Origin: a virus
Lineage: Duplodnaviria > Caudoviricetes
Virus record (IMG/VR): IMGVR_UViG_3300035661_000005
DNA length: 64,000 bases
Strand: one strand, 5' to 3'
Under the pieces are notes generated by a model. It saw nothing but the letters and a program-made list of their open reading frames with translations, did not search any database and was not told where the DNA came from. Position 1 is the first letter of the stretch. Each line of letters opens with the position of its first letter. Shown here in pieces: positions 59,039 through 64,000 of the stretch. The position numbers and the translations under genes were made by a program.

Positions 59039-62000
59039 GTGAGACCGAAGACTTTGACGAGATGCTTGCAGCCCTAGAGGCCGTGCAGCCTCCGGCGGAA
59101 ACCCGGTCCACTGCCGTGCCCGACACGGATCCCGTCAACTCCTACCCGGACCCGACTGGGGAACCGATCGAGCCGGATGGCCCCGTGGCGGCTCCCCCTC
59201 CCATGGCTGCGCCAGTGACGGCTCCCGTGGCTACGGACGATGCTGAGGACTTCATGTCCGGCATGGGTCTCCAGGCGGAGGGTCAGCAGGACCTACGCAA
59301 GCCCTGGATGAAGCACCACAGGTTCGTGCTCGTCCAGAAGATCGAGGAGGTCCGCAAGCTCATCGACGAGGCCATCGCCAGCGGCAAGTGCAGCCTCGAC
59401 CTGGAGTGTGAGGGGCTGGACAACCGCATCATCTACAACGCCCAGGGCAAGATGGAGACGGTCCACAAGATCGTCGGTTACTGCATCGCCTATGGGGACG
59501 CGAAGGCCGGGTACTACATTCCGGTCCGGCATAAGCCGTTCGATGGCAGTCCGGGGATGAACGTCGAGCCGGTGGCCGAGGTCGAGGCAGAGATTCGTCG
59601 CCTCTGCCTAGCGGCGCAGCCGACGCCGAAGCCCGGCCAGGAGGATCTCCTCGCCTTCAAGGAATTCGAGACACCCCCGCGGGTCGTCATCGATTTCTGG
59701 AATGCCAAGTTCGACCAGGAGTTTCTGTTCCCGGTCACGGGGATCGACTTCTGGCACCCGGACTCGTTCGAGGATGGGCTCCTAGCGTTCTTCACGATTT
59801 TCTCGGGAGATCACGCGCTCGGCCTCAAGCCGAAGGCGGCACAGAAGCTCCGCGATCCGGACGGTAACCCGTACGTGATGATCGAGATCAAGGATCTGTT
59901 TCCGAACAGGCGGAAGATCAACTTCGCCTCCCTGTCGCCGGACGAGCCGAACGTCGTCCCCTACGCGTGCTCGGACGCCATCTGCACCAGGCTCCTCTGC
60001 GCGCTCCCCGACCTCTTGCCGGTCATCCGGGCGGACAAGCGTGGGCGGGCGTTCACCTACCGGCTGGAGAAGCAGGTCAGCCAGGTCGTGCGCGTCATGG
60101 AGCGCAACCGGGTCAGGGTGAATCGTCAGAGGGTCATCGAGCTACGGGACATCCACCGTAAGGGTCGGGAGCGCTACCGGGAGATGATCGTGGCCCTGGC
60201 GCGTAGCAAGGGCTTCATGGAATTCGAGCCGGGCTCTCCAGCCCAGCTCAGCGAATTCCTCTTCTCCGAGCGGGGGCTGAACATCAACCCGAAGCCGGAG
60301 AAGAACGCCTCGGGGGCCTACAAGACCGACTTCGACACACTCGACGGCATCACCAAGGAGCTAGGGGACAACGCGCCCGAGGTGCTCAAGTGGGTCGTGA
60401 GCTACCGGGAAGAGGACAAGGTGCTCGGGACCTACCTCGAAAGCCTCTCGACGAACCCGGACGCGAACGACGAGCTACGTTTCAACTTCAAGCAGACGGG
60501 CGCTGCGACGGGGCGCTTCTCGGCACCGGCGGGTGAACCCGAGCACGGCTTCTCGGGCGTTCCGATCCACGGGATGCCGTCGACGTCCGATCTCCGGCAG
60601 GTCTTCGAGGCCCGCATCGGCTACACGATGGTCAAATGCGACTACGCCGGCCAGGAGCTGCGTATCGTCACGAACCTCTCGAACGAGCCCGTCTGGGTCA
60701 AGGAATTCCTCGAAGGAACCGGCGACCTGCACACGATCACGGCCCGAGCCTTCTACAACAAGCAGGAGGTCAGCAAGGACGAGCGCAAGGCGGGGAAGGT
60801 CGCCAACTTCGCCCTCGTCTACGGTGGCGGACCCCAGGCCATCATGCGAGCGACCGGCTGCGACAAGGTCGAGGGGCAGCGGCGCAAGCAAGCCTTCGAC
60901 AAGGCGGTCCCGACCTTCGCCAAGTGGGTCAAGGGGCAGCACGATAAGGTCAAGAAAGATCTGGGCGTCTACACGGCTTTCGGCCGCTGGGTGTCGATCC
61001 CGGATGCGTCGATCAGGGTCGGGCAGCTCGACCAGAACGGCAAGCCCGTCGGATCCGACGAGGACATCCGACGCATCCGTGCGGCGTGTGAGCGCCACGC
61101 GACCAATTACCCGATCCAGGGGTGCCTTCAGCCGTCTGCTAGGGTACTCACGACCCAAGGGTACAAGACGGTCGCACAGCTACGCGAAGAGGGGGGCACT
61201 GGGTGGACGTGGACGGGCTCGAACTGGGCCGAGTTTGAGATCCTGGACAAGGGGGAGTGGCAGTACGCCGAGATCGAACTGGTCGATGGCACGATTATCC
61301 CCTGTGATACCCGGCACAAACTCCTCGTCGTCACGGAGAGTGGCTACGAGTGGCGGGAGTACGAGGCGCTTCGTCCCGAGGATCAGGTGGCAACCTCCCT
61401 GGCAACGCCCGTTCAATTCCCGGGTGAGCCCTTGCCTCCTCTGGAGGTGGGAGAGAAGTCCAACTTGAGCCCCTTGTTGCCGGAAGGGTGTGAGGCCGAT
61501 CTCTGGTTCTGGCTGGGGTACTATTACGGGGATGGTTGGAAGGGAGACGAGAAGGGCTGCCTCACGTACTGTTTCGGGGATCACGAAACGTCGATGATGG
61601 ATCGTTGTGTCGGTTTTTGGTCTCATTGGGGCTTGAACCCGAAGATCAAGGAAAACACGCATCAGCCCGCCGAGAAGGTTTCGACCCGGTTTGATGTGGA
61701 GGTGCGGAGCGTAGACTTGGCCCGCTGGCTCTCGAAGCTGGGCATCAACCAGTCGGACGCCCACACGAAACGACTCCCGGATCGGGTCTTCTGCGAGCCC
61801 TTGCTCTATCGGCAAGCCTTCATCAAGGGGCTCATGGCGTCAGACGGGCACCGGACGTCGGACGGCAACCCCTACCACCTCCATCTGTATCAGGCAGATT
61901 TGCTTCGAGACGTGAAGCTGCTGCTGCGTACCGTGGGAGTGGAATCGTCGCTCCACGGCCCTTACCACCAGACGGACAAGAACGGGTTGGAGACCACCAG

Positions 62001-63276
62001 CTACAGGCTGGACATCAACCAGCGGATGTTTCGTGTTGCCGTGGATGGTACGGCCGCTCGTATGCCCAAGTTCCACGACCAGCGTACGCCGCCGTTCCTG
62101 GTTCGAGCCCTCATTGAAAAGTACCCGCATGAGAAGCCGTCGAGCTTCCCGACCAAAACCCTCTACAATCTCTACCTTCGCATGAAGGCGGGGGGCGCGA
62201 CGACGCTCAACATGTTCCAGCACATGCTGGACACGATGGGCTATCGGATCGACCAGCCGGTCTACGGGTACAAGCGGCTCAAGGCGAAACGCGAGCTTTC
62301 AACCAAAGGGCCGACCTACACGCTGTCGGTCAACGATCCTCGACATCGGTTCGAGGCTGAGGGTGTCATCACCAAGAACTCTGGCGCGGACATCATGAAG
62401 ATCGCGATGGTCCTCCTCCACAAGGACTTCTACCGGCGCGGCTGGCTGAAGAACTGGACGGGCGGTAACCCGGAACAGCAGGACATCGTTCGGATGCTCC
62501 TGTCCGTTCACGACGAGTTGGTGTTCGAGATCCGCCACGATCAGGTCATCCACGCGACGCCGGTCATCGTCGACAAGATGGAGCTGCCGACGAGGATGGC
62601 GCTCCCACCGTTCAGCCCGCAGTGGCGGGTGCCGCTCGTCACCGAGCCTCTCGTCGGACCCACGTGGGGGACGGGCTACCCATGCGAGCGGGCCAAGGCG
62701 GACCACAAGCTCAAGGAGGGGGAGGTCATCCACAACGGGTTCCTCTACGGGACGATCCGCACGGTCGACCTGGGCAAGGAGGATCCTGGAGCTGGGGAGG
62801 TCGAGCACTGGCGGGATGAGAAGTCCAAGAAGCTGAAGATCCGCTTCTTGGAGCCCCAGTGGCTCCTCCAGGCGGGCGGGAGCTTGCCCGAACCCATCCG
62901 GGAGGCGCCGCCCCCGGCTACTCCGCCAGCTACTCCGCCGCCGGGTGCCCCTGCGGCGGCTCCAGCGGCCCCTGTCGCGGCGTCCCCGGCACCGTCTACG
63001 CCCTCGATCCCTCCGCCTACGTCAGCGGCCCCAGCGGCCCCGGAGCAGGTCGTGGTCATCCGGCTGACGCTCCTCAACGGGCGCACGGTTCGGCAGGTCA
63101 TGGGCATCGTGACGTCGAACGCGGACCCGAAGGGCAAGCTCCTGCACCTGACGGATGCCACGGGGACCACGCTGATCGACCCTCAGCAACACCGGCTGCG
63201 GATCGATGCCGAGAAGGTTGCGAAAGCTCTTCAGGAGCTGCACATCTCGGACGGACGGATCGGGGTGGTTGTATGA
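59035..63276 (+). CDS. polA: Family A DNA polymerase with 3'-5' exonuclease, intein and C-terminal extension (1413 aa precursor)
   Basis: Exo motifs SLDLE, NAKFD and YACSD; polymerase motifs TGRFS, DYAGQELR, RKAGKVANFALVYG, NYPIQG|SGAD and VHDEL. The start is assigned to ATG 59035 (GAGGAG RBS, ATGA overlap). Confidence 0.93.
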   Translation: MSETEDFDEMLAALEAVQPPAETRSTAVPDTDPVNSYPDPTGEPIEPDGPVAAPPPMAAPVTAPVATDDAEDFMSGMGLQAEGQQDLRKPWMKHHRFVLVQKIEEVRKLIDEAIASGKCSLDLECEGLDNRIIYNAQGKMETVHKIVGYCIAYGDAKAGYYIPVRHKPFDGSPGMNVEPVAEVEAEIRRLCLAAQPTPKPGQEDLLAFKEFETPPRVVIDFWNAKFDQEFLFPVTGIDFWHPDSFEDGLLAFFTIFSGDHALGLKPKAAQKLRDPDGNPYVMIEIKDLFPNRRKINFASLSPDEPNVVPYACSDAICTRLLCALPDLLPVIRADKRGRAFTYRLEKQVSQVVRVMERNRVRVNRQRVIELRDIHRKGRERYREMIVALARSKGFMEFEPGSPAQLSEFLFSERGLNINPKPEKNASGAYKTDFDTLDGITKELGDNAPEVLKWVVSYREEDKVLGTYLESLSTNPDANDELRFNFKQTGAATGRFSAPAGEPEHGFSGVPIHGMPSTSDLRQVFEARIGYTMVKCDYAGQELRIVTNLSNEPVWVKEFLEGTGDLHTITARAFYNKQEVSKDERKAGKVANFALVYGGGPQAIMRATGCDKVEGQRRKQAFDKAVPTFAKWVKGQHDKVKKDLGVYTAFGRWVSIPDASIRVGQLDQNGKPVGSDEDIRRIRAACERHATNYPIQGCLQPSARVLTTQGYKTVAQLREEGGTGWTWTGSNWAEFEILDKGEWQYAEIELVDGTIIPCDTRHKLLVVTESGYEWREYEALRPEDQVATSLATPVQFPGEPLPPLEVGEKSNLSPLLPEGCEADLWFWLGYYYGDGWKGDEKGCLTYCFGDHETSMMDRCVGFWSHWGLNPKIKENTHQPAEKVSTRFDVEVRSVDLARWLSKLGINQSDAHTKRLPDRVFCEPLLYRQAFIKGLMASDGHRTSDGNPYHLHLYQADLLRDVKLLLRTVGVESSLHGPYHQTDKNGLETTSYRLDINQRMFRVAVDGTAARMPKFHDQRTPPFLVRALIEKYPHEKPSSFPTKTLYNLYLRMKAGGATTLNMFQHMLDTMGYRIDQPVYGYKRLKAKRELSTKGPTYTLSVNDPRHRFEAEGVITKNSGADIMKIAMVLLHKDFYRRGWLKNWTGGNPEQQDIVRMLLSVHDELVFEIRHDQVIHATPVIVDKMELPTRMALPPFSPQWRVPLVTEPLVGPTWGTGYPCERAKADHKLKEGEVIHNGFLYGTIRTVDLGKEDPGAGEVEHWRDEKSKKLKIRFLEPQWLLQAGGSLPEPIREAPPPATPPATPPPGAPAAAPAAPVAASPAPSTPSIPPPTSAAPAAPEQVVVIRLTLLNGRTVRQVMGIVTSNADPKGKLLHLTDATGTTLIDPQQHRLRIDAEKVAKALQELHISDGRIGVVV
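61123..62379 (+). mobile_element. Intein (419 aa) with a LAGLIDADG endonuclease in the DNA polymerase
   Basis: Starts CLQPSARV after PIQG and ends EGVITKN before Ser; contains LGYYYGDG and FIKGLMASDG motifs. Confidence 0.9.
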
Positions 63277-63827
63277 CCCAGCGCGACCAGCTTGCGGAGT
63301 GCAACGTACACGGGGAGGCCCTGGATACGTTTCAGTCCGTCTGGTGCAAGCGATGCATTAGCCCCGAGTGCTCTCGTAGTGCCTCGGGGCAGAATCGGTT
63401 CGAGCAACGGGTGCGCACCTGGGAGGAGAGGCTCTTCACAAACCCCCCGAAGATGTCTCCGGACGATCCGCGTTTCACCAAGTTTTCCGCGCAGAGGTTC
63501 ATCACGATCGATCCCGGCCGAACCCCGGAGATCCGCACGTCTAGCTGGGTCGACCCCAGGGATTTGACGGAACCGGCCACGCAGGGGACGATCCCGGCAG
63601 TAACCACCCCAGCCCCTGAACAAGCTCCCGAACCGGCCCCCGTGGGGCAAGTCTCTCCGACCGCCATGCTCATGAACGCACAAAGTCAGAATGGCCGAGT
63701 GCTTTCCGGTGTAAGAGCCGATCGACCCTCAAAGGGCGACCCCTGGGCGGTGCCGGCGCCCGCCGAAAACGTGGTCCCCGTCGGAACGACGATCAAGTTT
63801 GGCGGTTCCGGTGTAGATAAGGGGTGA
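63273..63827 (+). CDS. Hypothetical protein with a Cys-rich N-terminus (184 aa)
   Basis: ATGA overlap with the polymerase stop; ECNVH...CKRC...EC followed by a Pro-rich C-terminus. Confidence 0.65.
   Translation: MTQRDQLAECNVHGEALDTFQSVWCKRCISPECSRSASGQNRFEQRVRTWEERLFTNPPKMSPDDPRFTKFSAQRFITIDPGRTPEIRTSSWVDPRDLTEPATQGTIPAVTTPAPEQAPEPAPVGQVSPTAMLMNAQSQNGRVLSGVRADRPSKGDPWAVPAPAENVVPVGTTIKFGGSGVDKG
63809..63816 (+). promoter_or_regulatory. CGGTGTA motif upstream of the last ORF
   Basis: CGGTGTAG starts 30 nt before the ATG at 63839, followed by a GAGGAG RBS. Confidence 0.45.
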
Positions 63828-63838
63828 GGAGACTTCCG

Positions 63839-64000
63839 ATGACTGCAGCGATGAAGTTCAAGGCGGTGATCAAGCAGGACGGGACGATCGTGACGGAGGT
63901 GCTCGAACGCAATTCGCACCTCTGCAGCGAGATCTACCGCGTCACGAACGCGCTCGGCAAGCAGCTCTCGGACGAGGAGATCGGTCCGGAGTGCGACTCC
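63839..64000 (+). CDS. Small protein, DUF2997-like, 3'-truncated
   Basis: MTAAMKFKAVIKQDGTIVTEVLER...C...TNALG resembles the I..DG.V..EV....C...T..LG pattern of DUF2997. It is absent from the ORF track because it runs off the window. Confidence 0.45.
   Translation, partial: MTAAMKFKAVIKQDGTIVTEVLERNSHLCSEIYRVTNALGKQLSDEEIGPECDS

Noticed and set aside
1-64000. Stop-codon reassignment (seen in some large phages)
   Set aside because: Long ORFs tile the window under code 11 with tight start-stop overlaps at TGA and TAA, so there is no sign of fragmentation.
1-64000. CRISPR array, tRNA or rRNA genes
   Set aside because: Intergenic gaps are at most about 115 nt, and none shows regularly spaced repeats or a cloverleaf with T-loop consensus.

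Overview
A ~65% GC, gene-dense window, all on the + strand with frequent ATGA/TGATG start-stop overlaps. It is best read as part of a large contractile-tailed (myovirus-like) phage genome infecting a GC-rich, probably diderm host (inference). 1-50.6 kb is a tail/baseplate morphogenesis module: the 3' part of a tape-measure-like gene, two paralogous tube-initiator-like genes (one with a lytic transglycosylase domain), hub, spike, gp25-like and baseplate J/I-like wedge genes, several very large modular fibre/structural proteins, and a free-standing double-HNH endonuclease. 50.6-52.2 kb is a three-gene membrane/lysis cassette: a holin-like protein, an N-anchored membrane protein and an exported protein with a beta-strand C-terminus; no endolysin is adjacent. 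52.3-64 kb is a replication module: SNF2 helicase with an intein, a MazG-like small protein, a degenerate DnaC-like protein, a DnaB-like helicase, a stand-alone primase zinc finger and a family A DNA polymerase with an intein and an extra C-terminal domain. The most striking unexplained signals are non-coding: a bistable RNA hairpin pair over the holin start, anti-Shine-Dalgarno structures bracketing a repeated CGGTGTA motif before replication genes, and strong avoidance of CTCGAG and GAGYTC. I saw no tRNA, rRNA, CRISPR array or integrase. All product calls come from motif recognition by eye; no database searches were run.
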